A DNA stretch of 64,000 nucleotides from Eledone cirrhosa (taxonomy: Eukaryota), in the NCBI GenBank assembly GCA_964016885.1, contig OZ024745.1, positions 46,562,001 to 46,626,000 of the forward strand. The letters run 5' to 3'. Positions 52,496-64,000 of the stretch are shown in pieces. Within the stretch, counting starts at the first letter, position 1. The number at the start of each line of letters is the position of its first letter. The notes below the pieces were generated by a model. That model was not told where the DNA came from. It ran no database searches and worked only from the letters and a program-made list of their open reading frames with translations. The position numbers were made by a program, and so were the translations under genes.

Positions 52496-52609
52496 GAGAT
52501 AATGTAGTTAAAATGTGTTTGTGTGTAAGTCCCTGTCTGTGATTATGTGTGTGTCAGTGTCCTGTAACTTAGCAATCTTACAAAAAAAGAACCAGACTTG
52601 AAAGATGTA

Positions 52610-53262
52610 AATGCTGCAGTCAATATGATCAACATTCCCCACTCTTCCATATTGCTGGCCTTGTGCCAAAATCAGAAACCATTATTATTATTATTATTAT
52701 CATTATTAAGATTAGCAGTATCAGTAGAGTGTTGGAGAACATGCTTTGCAGCATAAAGTTACGTCCCTTTACATTCTGAGTTCAAATCCCACCGAGGTTA
52801 GCTTTGCCTTTCATTCTTTTGAAGTTGATAAAATAAAGTACCAGCAATGCACTGGGATCGATTTAATCGACTTTTCCCTTCCTTTCAAATTGCTGGCCTT
52901 GTGCTAAATGAAGAGACCATTATTATTATTATTTGGGGTCAATAAAATAAAGTACTAGTAATGCAATGGGGTCGATTGATCGACTTTCCTATCCCCCAAA
53001 ATTGTTGGCCCTGTACCTAAATCAGAAAGCATTATTATCATTATTAAGATTGGCAGTATAGGTAGAGTGTCGGACAACATGCTTTGCAGTATAGAGTTAC
53101 GGCCCTTCACATTTTGAGTTCAAATCTGGCTGAGGTTAGCTTTGCCTTTCATCCTTATGGAGTTGATAAAATAAAGCACCAGTGATGCACTGGGATCAAT
53201 TTAATTGACTTTTCCTTCTCCCCAAATTGTTGACCTTGCGCCTAAATCAGAAACCATTATTA
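52610..53262 (+). mobile_element. Tandem cluster of SINE family B copies (two near-full, two partial) joined by (TTA)n tails
   Basis: Heads at ~52710 and ~53048; repeated TTGCTGGCCTTGTGC..AAATCAGAAACCATTATTA ends. Confidence 0.8.
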
Positions 53263-53392
53263 AGAAAGTCATTGCATGGAAAAGCAAACATACAATGATG
53301 ATGATGCTGGGTGCAGAAGATAGATGGCTGAATTAAATGCTTTATAATATGTAATTTTAATGTTGTCTCGTTTTTCTAAATTCAAATTACAC

Positions 53393-53589
53393 TGATGTTG
53401 TTTTGTTAAATTAATAGATCAAATCCTGCTTCTGGTACACTTATCTATATAAGTGTGTGTGTTTGTGACTGTGTACGTGTGTTTGTGTATATGTGTGTAT
53501 GTATGTCTGTATATGTATATGTGTATGCATGTGTGTTATGGGAGTACCAGAAGCAGGATTTGATCTATTAATTTAACAAAACAACATCA
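53393..53589. repeat. Perfect 46-bp inverted repeat with 105-bp TG-rich spacer
   Basis: 53393-53438 is the reverse complement of 53544-53589. Confidence 0.92.
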
Positions 53590-54009
53590 CAAACACATGC
53601 ACATATATACTTATATATGTATATATATATACTCACACAGTAAATATATATGGTATTTAAATTACTATACATATAGACGTATGTCTGTGAGTGTATATTT
53701 GTGTGCGTGTATGTCTATGAGTATGTGCGTAGTATGTGTGTGTGTGAGATGCAGAAAACAAAAAGGAGTGTCTTCTATCCCTTCCTGTTCATATGTGCAT
53801 AAAACACTCCATTGTGTCTCCAAATGCTTTCTCGTGAGAGAGAGAGAGAGAGAGAGAGAGAACAAGAAAGAATGTGAAAGAATGAGAAAGAGAAAAGAAG
53901 ACAAATGTGAAAGAGAGAAGGAATGTGAAGAAGGTGAAAAAGAAGGAGAGATCGAGTAAATAAAAAAAAAACAGCATTAACAAAATTTAGAAGAAAATGA
54001 CATGGACAC

Positions 54010-54570
54010 GACCTGTCAAAAATGTATCTGACTTTAGGCTAAAACCAAAACAGATGAACTTGGTCGGGTTCAATTGCTAATCCCCTTCAAAATAAAACCC
54101 TTATGCCGCTACACTTGTAGCCCAGCGATCCTTCCATTGTTTGGTGCCCACTGGGAATTTGTCTTCTTAGTTCCACTGTTGCAGTCCACACACTTAGCCT
54201 ACTGATCCTTCTACTGTTCAAATCACATCTAGAATGCTTCTTCTCTTCTCAAATAGCTCCCAGCTCACAGTCTGTATGATGTCCTGTTGGCTCTTAAAGC
54301 TGGAGCCTTTCAGTGGCATCATCATATTGGGGAACCACCAGAAGTCAGAAGGAGCTATGTCTGAAAAATGGGGAGCCTGGCAAATGAGAAAAATGCCTTT
54401 CTTTGCCAAGAAGCCTTGGATCAGCTGTGATGAATGAGCTCTGGTATCGTCATGATGCAGCTACCTGATTTAAGGCCCACAGATTTAGCCTCTTTTGCTG
54501 AATTGTATCAGAAAGATGTCAGAGGACTTCCTGATAGTAATGTTTTGTAAATGTTGGTCCTTCTGGTGAG
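54010..54570 (-). mobile_element. Tc1/mariner transposase C-terminal remnant
   Basis: QAPHFSDIAPSDFWWFPNM..PLKGSSF corresponds to the mariner YSPDLAPSDF.LF..LK..LKG..F motif. Confidence 0.8.
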
Positions 54571-54612
54571 AATTATATTAAGTATATATGTCTTCATAGA
54601 ATACTGAGCTAC

Positions 54613-54957
54613 ATCATCATCATCATCATTTCATTTTACGTCCGCTTTTCCCTGCTTGCAAGGGTGGGACGGGAACTGATTCTGGCTTGATTTCTACAGC
54701 TGGATGCCCTTCCTAACACCAACCCCATTTACAGTGAGTGCTGGGTGCTTTTTTGCCGTGGCACCTCCACAACCACTTTGTAGTGGAATGATAGGGACCC
54801 CAGTCCCTATCATCTCATTTCTACAGGTGAGTAAACTGGAGCAATGTGAAATAAAGTGCCTTGCTCAAGGAAACAACACATCACCCGGTCTGAGAATTGA
54901 ACTCACAACCTTTTGATTGCAAGGCCAATGCTCTAACCACTAAGCCATGTGCCTCCA
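54613..54957 (-). mobile_element. SINE family A, full-length
   Basis: Reverse complement of 37502-37842. Confidence 0.92.
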
Positions 54958-55036
54958 TGTACATTAATTTCCTCAGCAGGGTGTTCCATTGATCGGACAA
55001 CTGAAAGACTTGTTATAACCAATGGAGGTCCAATAC

Positions 55037-55127
55037 CTTGCCTTGATTAATTTTTTCATCCTTCAAAATTAATATTTTAATGAACTCAGTTTCTGATTTC
55101 ATTGGGTGTGATAAGACAGTCTCAAAG
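55037..55127 (-). CDS. Possible further exon of the minus-strand gene (FETVLSHPMKSETEFIKILILKDEKINQGK)
   Basis: ttttag acceptor, open frame, and AAG|gtattg phase-0 donor; weak pyrimidine tract and no homology support. Confidence 0.2.
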
Positions 55128-55834
55128 CTAAAATTCACTTTATTGCCACATTTACTAGATATGAACATGTAATGTATATAGATGATTATTATAGGGCGAA
55201 GAAATGTCAAGAGTCTCAAGTAGAAAGAAGCTGTGTAAGAGGAAGACCAAGAATAGTGACAGTTGATCTTAAGGAAATGAATTTCAGCAAGGAGATGACA
55301 AATTAAAGCAACAAATTGAGAGATGCTGTACTGGAGAGGACTCATCTAACCAATGGAGCATAAAAATGGATGTAAAAACGATGATGATGAAGATGTTGAC
55401 AACAATGGGGAGGATTATGATGTTTTTTTAAATGAAATTCTCACTTTTTCCTTTCTAATGTTTTACTGAAAATAGCAAATGAGTACAGGCATTATGGTTT
55501 TAGAGTGATAAAGTGGTTTAGGGATAACATCTGTTGGTTTTCAAAGGTTTGCCTTTAGGATATGCTAAGAGTAGGCTGCGTAGCCAGAAAAAATACTATT
55601 TTTATATTTGTTTTTCTATACTTTTATATATGTCATCTGTCATTTCCTTAGTGAATTCCAGCCAATATACGTCGCCTACACATATATATATATATATCAT
55701 CATCATCATCATCATTGTTATTGTTTTAATGTCCCTGCTGATTTCATATGAATGAAACAGTTATAGTCCCATAGAAGTCATTTATATCATCATCATCATC
55801 GTTTAACGGCTATCTGTATATATATATATAAATA

Positions 55835-56630
55835 TAAATTTAGCGAGAATCGCATTTCGGCAGGTAGAAATTAGCGAAACGCAACTTCCGTAATGTGTAG
55901 ACAAGCGCTCCATGGATATGAAGAAGATACCAGAGCTATAAACATAAGTTAAAAAGGTCATACAAACTGAGACAATGGTTAAGAAGCCATTAACCACCAG
56001 AGCCAAATAAGCGAACAAGCTAAAAGGGTCAAACAAAATAAGATTGAAATAGTTACCCGGACCCTCGGGGAAGATGGAATACTCTGAATTTGGGTTTCTG
56101 CAACACCTAAATCAATAATACTGTCTGTTTATAAAGAATAAGCTTTTCGTATAATGATCGAACAAGGCATCGCTTTCTCAACAGGCATTTTGTTCTTCGT
56201 GATCCAGAATCTCACATGTTATGAAAGCACATATATATATATATATATATTTATTAAAATAACAGATTAAAGTTTAAGCAAAGAATCGCTGCTTTCACCC
56301 TTAACGGGATCTTCAAATTTATTATTATTACTATATATATATATATATATAAATATAAATTAGCGAGAATCGTATTTCGGCTTTGGAATTAGCGAAAAAC
56401 AACTTCCGAGATGTGTGGCAAGTGCTCACTAATTCTGACGAACCAGAGCTACAACATACGTTAAAGGCCAAACACACTGAGGCGATGGTTAAACCGTCAT
56501 CCGCACAGCCATAGAAACGACCAAGTCATTCGGGTCAAACAAATAGAAAAATGTGATTGAAAAAATTTACCCGGACCCCTGGATGGTTGGTAAAATCCAG
56601 CATTTGGGTTTCTGTGACTCCTAAATCAAG
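55835..56630 (+). mobile_element. Two diverged copies of the unclassified (TA)n-flanked repeat
   Basis: 55835-56220 and 56352-56630 align with each other and with 19378-19752(-); the second copy is interrupted by a SINE. Confidence 0.75.
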
Positions 56631-56950
56631 TTAGAGCATTGGCCTTGCAATCGAAAGGTTGAGTTCAATTCTCAGACTGGGTGATGTGTTGTTTCCTTGA
56701 GCAAGACACTTTATTTCAAATTGCTCCAGTTTACTCAGCTGTAGAAATGAGATGATAGGGACTGGGGTCCCTATCATTCCATTGCAAAGTGGACGTGTAG
56801 GTGCCACGGCAAAAAAGCACCCAGCACTCACTGTAAATGAGGTTGGTGTTAGGAAGGGCATCCAGCTGTAGAAATCAAGCCAGAATCAGTTCCCGTCTCA
56901 CCCTTGCAAGCAGGGAAAAGCGGACGTAAAATGAAATGATGAATGATGAT
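56631..56950 (+). mobile_element. SINE family A, 5'-clipped
   Basis: Matches the family from TTAGAGCATT through the (TGA)n tail. Confidence 0.9.
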
Positions 56951-57838
56951 GATATATAATATATATATACACCCAGTCCACTCTGTAAATGTGGTTGGCA
57001 TAAGGAAGGGAAACCAGCAGTAGAAACCAAGTCAAAAATGGTTCTGTGTCATCAGATCAGACTTGCCTCACAATGGGACAACCCATCTAACCAATGCTAG
57101 CACAGAAAATGGACGTATGATGATGATGATATAAATGTCATCATCATTGAACTGCAACAATTAATTTTCTTTATACATTAAAAAACATTATATATGACAA
57201 AAAAGTACATTACTAGAAGTCATTATAAAATAAAAAGGATGGGTTGGGGTCTCAATATGTAAACCAAACAACTAATTTTGTTTTTTTTAAAAGATCAACG
57301 GAGACAACCAAGGAAAATTACTGACCCCTCTCACTTATTCAAACCCCCTCAATTATTTGGGACCTAATAGTAGGCAGGCAGAAACTGTTTGGAAGTTTGT
57401 TGGATTGAGTTTACTTGTAATTCAAAGGTCGAGCGCTGTTACACACTCTGTCATGCTGAATGTCCCTTAGAATTATGTTAATGGTACACATGTCTGTGGA
57501 ATACTCAGCCACTTACATGGTATTTTTTATGAACATGCTGTTGTGTTGATTGAACAACTGGAACACTCATCGTTGAAACCAACAGAAGTTCATTTCACTC
57601 CACTTCCACAAAGAGAGTCTTCATGGAGTAGTGCATGGTGGGGCAAGAGTAACAAGCAACCTGAGAGAGGATGCCTCACCACTGTCAACATAGTTTGAGC
57701 CAGAGGTTCTTAAAGGGGGGGGGGGGTGGAAGGTCTGGGGGATCGATGGGGCCTAAGGGTGCGGTGGGCAGTAGAGATGATATAATAGTATATTGAATAT
57801 CAAATGATACATATTATATATAAATATAGTAAAATAAT

Positions 57839-58307
57839 GATTTCTTTATTAACCACAAGGGTTTACATAAAGTAGACATTAAGGACAGTGCAGGACAATG
57901 CAGGACGGTACAAATGGGCATTTCTGCGTGTAAAAAACAAAAACAGAGGATGTAATAAAAATAACAATGAAAATAACAATGAAAAATTCCCCAATAGGGG
58001 GGAGACTTCGGAGGGACATTTGTGGAGAAAGCCCAGTAAAAAGCCACAATGACCCTGACCACCAAGGCAAGTGCCCTCTCCCAGTTTTCCACCTTTAATT
58101 TACAGATATATACTCAGAGTAGGCCCATTCACTCGGGCCATTCTTGCTTCTCTCACCCATCTTTCAACAAAATGCTGGGAAGAGAGCACTTCCCTCTCTA
58201 CTCTGATTTTCCTTTTCAAATGAAATTTGAAAAAGTCAATCAGAGCATCACCGAAGAGGTAAGTGCTCGTCTTCAGCCCTTTCAAACGTGTCCACCATAC
58301 ATTTTAC
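57839..58307 (-). mobile_element. Tx1/L1-like 3' fragment with a 17-bp target-site duplication
   Basis: ORF 58100-58285 is homologous to the end of the 42918 ORF; AAATATAGTAAAATAAT occurs at 57822-57838 and 58308-58324. Confidence 0.85.
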
Positions 58308-59419
58308 AAATATAGTAAAATAATAAAATATATAATATTTATTTATGCATAGTATTATTTATTATATATTATTTACAATTTGCATGTAGGCTGATCTCTC
58401 TGGAAATAGGGTTGTGGGTGTTGAGGGTATTACATGGCCGTGGTGGGGAGACGGACAAAAAAGTTTGAGAATCTCTGGTTTAAACAATACTGAGTCACAG
58501 TTGCTAATATAGAGGGGTGGGTTTGGGGGGCTCACAACATTGTGTTTGCGTATACTTCCAAACACATATATACATTTATACACTTCTGAGCAGTCAATAG
58601 ACAGCAACAACACATGTATCAGGGACAATAATAGTAAAGAGAAAACAATAATTTCATTTAGCTGGAACCTGGCAGATGCTTGGTTATATTATGGCCACCC
58701 TAAGAAAATGTGGGATAAATAAATAAATCATACACTTGAGTTGGCAAATTAATGTAGCCAATCACCCTCACCCCAAGCATTCTCATTTTGGGAGAGAGAG
58801 AGAGGAAGGGAGAGCGAGGGAGAAAGAGACAGGTGGAATGGTACAGGGAGGAAATCTTATATATGGACAACTAAAAAAAGCACTTGTTGCATGGAAGAGT
58901 CATTTTAGTCATTTAAAAAACACAAAAACTGTTGATTTTATTTTTATCTATTTTTTGGTCTTAGATCAAGTCCCTTGCCAACCCAGTACATCTCATATAA
59001 AAAAATGCTTACCAGAATCAAATGAAATAAGACAACCCTTAGCTAACAGAGAGCTTGGAACTTAATTGTTACTTAACCTTTTTTATACAAAACTGCCCCA
59101 GGTTTTATGTTTCAAAACTGCCTGTTTATATTTATAGTAAATTCTTCCATCATAATTTTATGTAAAAAAAGCCAACGAAAAGTATACATCGACTGATTAG
59201 ACTAATCAGCCGATATATACCTTTGAGCATACTATGAATTTTCAGCAGTACCAGTGACGAGAGATTACATAGTCTTGATAAGGGGCAATAACTCTGAAAC
59301 AATTGTTAACTGTTTTCTCTCTGCTACCGCTGGAAGAAAAGGATGACATCAGTCATCTAGAAAACACACATGGTGTTATGAGGCTGTTTTCTTGCAAATG
59401 AACCGAATATTAATAATAT

Positions 59420-59965
59420 TATTATATTATTATTATTCACTCACAAATACAATTAGGTATCCACCATGTCTTCAGTTATACCATAACTTATATATATGTA
59501 TGAGATGAAAGAATGGTATTTAACTAATGTAATGGTATGCGATGGGGCCCACCCACAGCCCCGGCGGACAGAATGGAGAAGGCGTTTCCCCGGAGGACGG
59601 CAAGGGAGACGCGCTGGAAAAGCCACTCCAACTCGCTGGGCTCACACCTACGGCTGGCCAGCTCAGCGCCTATGGTGGTGAGTAAGGAGGTATCCCTGGG
59701 GCCGAGGATACCAGAAGTTTCCACTGCCAGGGGAACGACCGCAAACCTGTCGGTGAGCGACCGGTATTTGAGGAGTTTGGCCCTCTCAGCCCGACGTGCA
59801 GCAGAACCTGGGTCAGTCGCAGACTACCAGGTTGCGGCTGCAGAAAGTGTCGGTGCAAGTGGCATCCCAGACGAGGGGTTTGCCACCACGGAACAGGAAG
59901 ATGGTCATGCCATCTGGCCTTTTGCCGTCCCCTCGATCCAGCCCCACCGGCTCGAGCTGGGATAG
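59420..59965 (-). mobile_element. CRE-clade non-LTR retrotransposon 3' end (restriction-like endonuclease)
   Basis: EPVGLDRGDGKRPDGMT...GKPLVWDATCTDTF...KYRSL...PLAVETSG.LG...WLFQRVSLAVLRGNA; TAA-rich tail. Confidence 0.85.
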
Positions 59966-60396
59966 AGCGAAAACAAATTTTGTTTTTGTTGTTAGATATT
60001 TTTCTGTTAAATCATTATAGAATGTTAAGAGTTAAGTACACAACATTAATTTCATAATTTAAATATTTAATCACATTGTGTAATGTCAGTGGACATAAAC
60101 AATAAAACATGGATGAGCTGAGAGAAAAAAATAAGTATAAAAAGAATCAGATGTAGTGTACAGAAGAGAAGTCTGTGCTGGTACAGACATGTGGTACATA
60201 GGGATGATGATTGTTGGGTGATGCAGTGCTAGGAATTTCAAATAGAATAAAATCAGAGAAGAGGAAGAGCAAGGAAGATGTGAGCAGAAGTCATGAATGC
60301 CTTGCTCAATATGACACCGAACAGACAGAAAGGGAAGTAGGCTGCAATAGAGAGAACTTGTCTAACCCATGCTAGGATGGAAAAACAGAGTAAAAT

Positions 60397-60747
60397 ACAC
60401 TACCACCACCACTACCACCGCCACCACCAACACCATCGTCACCACCAACACCACCACTACCACCACCACTGTCACCACCACCACCATTGCCACTACCACC
60501 ACTACCATCACCACTGTCACCACCATCGCCGCCACCAACACCACCGTCACCACCACTACCACCATCGCCACCGCCACTACCACCACTACCATCACCACTG
60601 CCACCACCACTACCACCACCACTACCACTACCACCACTACCACCACTGTCACCACCACCACTACCATCGCTGCCGCCAACACCACTGTCACCACCACCAC
60701 TACCACCGCCGTCATCACCCCGTCACCACTACTACCACTACCACCAT
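60397..60747. repeat. Degenerate (CAC/CCA)n trinucleotide tract at an RTE tail
   Basis: About 350 bp of ACC/ACT/ATC triplets; source of the poly-Thr/His/Pro/Val ORFs. Confidence 0.9.
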
Positions 60748-63524
60748 CTTGTTTCTGTAGTCAAACTAAACTAATGATGGATTTCTAAGTGAAGTTGCTA
60801 GCAGATGTCATTTGAAAAGAATACACATATGACTAATATGATTTATAGTGTAACTGACTGGAGTAAACAGTAAGAAAGCAGCTGAAGGATTATAGCATTT
60901 GCTTTAACCAGCATTTTTAGATCAAACAAATAAACTTTTAATATTCATTTACTGGCTACAGCATTGTCTTCAAGAATTATTAACTGATTACTCTTTTATT
61001 TTTTTAAACATTCTTTTAGTTATTAGACTGTGGTCATGCTAGAGCACCACCTCAATGGTATTTAGTCAGACATATCAACCCAAGAACTTATTTTTTCAAA
61101 ATTGGTACTTATTTAATCAATCTTTTTTTGTTGAACTGATAAGTTACAGGACATAAACAAACAGTAAATGTAAATACAGATATGGACAAATACACACATG
61201 TATATCATCATCATCATCATTGTTTAACGTCCATCTTCCACGCTAGCATGGGTTAGACGAGAGTACTCTGAATGAATAACAGAATCTTGCGGTCTGAATA
61301 TGGCAAATGAAAAAAATCCTGAATCAATTGAGACTACCCTCATGATTTCTAGACTGAAACTTCTTTTAGGAGTGTTCAGGTAACGAGAAGAAAACAAGAA
61401 AGAGAACTCTTATAGCCTTAACTAATCTGAATCTTTTGGGACAATTCCAGTGAGAGTGGGCCTAAAATCCAAGCAGAGAAAGCAACATACATGTTTTAAT
61501 CTTACTAGATCTCTTTAGCAAATCATATTCACTTACTTAGTAAATTGGCAAGATTATGGTCAGATATAGATATAGAAAAAGGTGAAAAAAATGATGAGCT
61601 GACCAACACATGTAGTAACACATTCCACTTCCACTGCAATGCCTTAAATTGTTCCAAAAGACTTAGATCAGAGTAGACAGTGGGGCTTAATAACCATAAT
61701 TATTTTCACTGTCGTCAGTAATTTATTTTAGCTTCATTCAACACTCAATCTCAGGGTGAAATCTCTTACCAAAGCAAGTAGGTTAATGGAGTAAATATGC
61801 TGCTGACAATACATGAAGTTGAATTACAAACAAGAAAGCAAGTAAATAACCATCTAGGCAAGTCACTCACTGATCAAGGATGCAATGTTTGGACAATTAG
61901 TGTTTAAAAAGTCTCAAGTGGATTCATTCAGATTTATTTCTGATGAGTTTGTTTATTTATATATCAGTCCTATTGTATCTTGCAGAACACAGGCATGGCT
62001 TAGCTCCCATATTTGATCCCACTGTGTGGCATCTTGGGCAAAAGTTTTCACCATATTCTTCTGTTGATTCAAGCCTTGTGAGTAAAATTGGGTAGATGGA
62101 AACTATGTGGAAGCCTGTCAGATGTACCTGTAATTGAAATGTCCAGCCTTGACACATACTGTGTTATGTTGATCTGGCTTGAGAATTACATTAAGGGTAT
62201 TTGTGTCTAAGGAATACTCAACCACTTCCACGTTAATTCACAAGTTGGATATTCAATATATCTCAGATGAAAACACTCCATTCTACTCAGTTGCGAAAAC
62301 TTTTCTACAAATACACACACATACACAAATATATATATATACATACATGAACATATACATGAGACTCTCCACTTACACACATTCATACATACACATCCAG
62401 CCACTCCTCGCCTACCTACATAAACATACATAAAAACACATACACATAGATATACAATATTTAAACACAGATACATGCCAGTTTGAGATTAGCTCTAAGT
62501 AGTAGTGCTGGTGCCATGATAAAATTCACACAGTAACAGTAATCTCTGTAATATAGTTGACATAAGGAAAAACATCTAGACATAGAAACAATACTCCAAA
62601 TGGAACATATGAAGAAGATGTGGGCCTCCAACCCATCTCGTCTCAGACTGTGACAATCTATCCAATCTATGCCAGCATGGAAAATGGACATAAAATGATG
62701 ATGATGGTGGTGGTGGTGGTGGTGGTGATGGTGGTGGTGATAATGAAGTAAGCTTCTACATCAGAGTTTCCCAACCTTCTTCATCCAGTGGCAACTTCTT
62801 GATAATGAATTTCCTCCACCTTGTTTTGTTCAGTAACTTTAGTTGGAATCTCTACCATAATACAACAGACCAAGGACAAAGTAAAAACAAAAACCTAGCC
62901 AGAACAGAGAAAATGACTGACAAGTGTCAAGACATGTTGATGTTTTCTTTCTACTTTGTCATTTATTTATTGAAAGAGTTATTTTCCTCTGAATTAGACT
63001 GCTACACTGACAACACAGTAATTAAAAAGTAAAAAAAATACAGATTGTTAAGTCTAAAACAGTAGAAAGGAAACAAATTAGTATTTCAATAAATGAAATA
63101 GATCTTTCTCCTTAATTTCAGATGTGTGATTTGAGGGAGATTTGGCTACTATTTCAATCTGGTTGAACAACCATGCAGAAACTCTTTCATTGACTTGTCT
63201 GCACTGTGGCTACCCAACTTGTTAGAAATAACAGCCAATATCCTTCAGATCATATCTTGCCATCTTTTAATTGACATAATTGATCAGGACTAGAATACAT
63301 GGCAAAGCTAAACACACACACACACGCACACACGCACGCACACACACACGCACACACACATGCACACACACATACACCTGGTGCATGCTTTTATACATTT
63401 TGTATGGAAACATTTCTAATAGTGAAACATTAGTAATATTTATTAAAAACACTAGGCATATATTAGTTAAATTATCCTCTAATAAATGACTGCCAATTCA
63501 GGCAGTGAATTGGCAGCCATTATC

Positions 63525-63710
63525 GGTGGATTGGCAGTATCAGTAGAGGGTCGGACGCCATGCTTTCCAGCATAGTTACGTCCCTTTACGATCTGAGTTC
63601 AAATCCCGCCGATGTTGACTTTGCCTTTCATCCTTACGGGGTCGATAAAATAAAGTACCAGTAATGCACTGGATAATTGCTGGCCTTGTGCCTAAAGTAG
63701 AAACAATTAT
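63525..63710 (+). mobile_element. SINE family B
   Basis: Near-identical to 11361-11546. Confidence 0.88.
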
Positions 63711-64000
63711 AGAATCAGACAAAATATTCTGTGGTATTTGTACTCTGAGTTCAAATACCACAAAGGTCAACTTTGTTTTTCATCCTTCCAATGTTGATAA
63801 TGTTAAGTACCAGTTCATGGTAGTGGATTAGCAAAATTGTAAAAGCCTTAGGCAAGAAGTCTTGTGGTATCTGCTTCAGCACTTTGTGATCTGATATCAA
63901 ATTCTGTCTAGAAATCCAAATCCCACTAATGACCAAATTAATCACTTGACCATGTGACTATACTTAAACCTTTTCATACCAACCCACCCCCAAATTCTAA

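Noticed and set aside
56434-56535. CTGACGA...GAAA...GTC within the unclassified repeat
   Set aside because: CTGACGA is absent from the homologous copies at 19378 and 55835, and the stems do not pair.
58965-59065. Possible plus-strand terminal exon (DQVPCQPSTSH...ELGT*); similar weak candidates at ~29197-29285 and ~40237-40280
   Set aside because: Only an acceptor-like site and a short open frame, as expected by chance in AT-rich DNA; no recognisable protein or partner exons.
60362-60788. Poly-Thr/His/Pro/Val ORFs resembling mucin or extensin
   Set aside because: A trinucleotide tract at an RTE tail, open in several frames, with no splice or flanking support.

Overview
AT-rich, repeat-saturated eukaryotic DNA, most likely from a coleoid cephalopod (Octopus-like; inferred from the tRNA-derived SINE families, RTE/CR1 LINEs and very dense (TA)n, (CAT)n and (CA)n microsatellites). 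There is no prokaryotic-style gene organisation. The only credible host-gene sequence is the 3' end of a minus-strand gene for a coiled-coil-like protein (exons near 10555-10653 and 8286-8489), so much of the window to the right may be intronic. The rest is a nested set of mobile elements: a long CR1 LINE inside a probable Helitron, RTE LINEs whose RT region carries a C4HC3 PHD-like finger, Tx1/L1-like, R4/Dong-like and CRE-like non-LTR fragments, Penelope-like (PLE) RT and GIY-YIG remnants, Helitron and mariner remnants, a piggyBac-like MITE and two SINE families. The most striking signal outside the ORF track is a set of near-perfect fold-back palindromes, most beside (TA)n tracts (20457-20567, 23629-23974, 37859-38290, 38798-38895, 53393-53589). 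The 346-bp spacerless one carries a complete type I hammerhead ribozyme motif in each arm. A second appears to fold back at a hammerhead stem II. A further hammerhead-like motif lies downstream of the PLE GIY-YIG remnant, and several decayed cores sit elsewhere in the window. Together these suggest a PLE-derived, ribozyme-bearing fold-back mini-element family associated with (TA)n. All structures were read by eye; no folding, alignment or database search was run.
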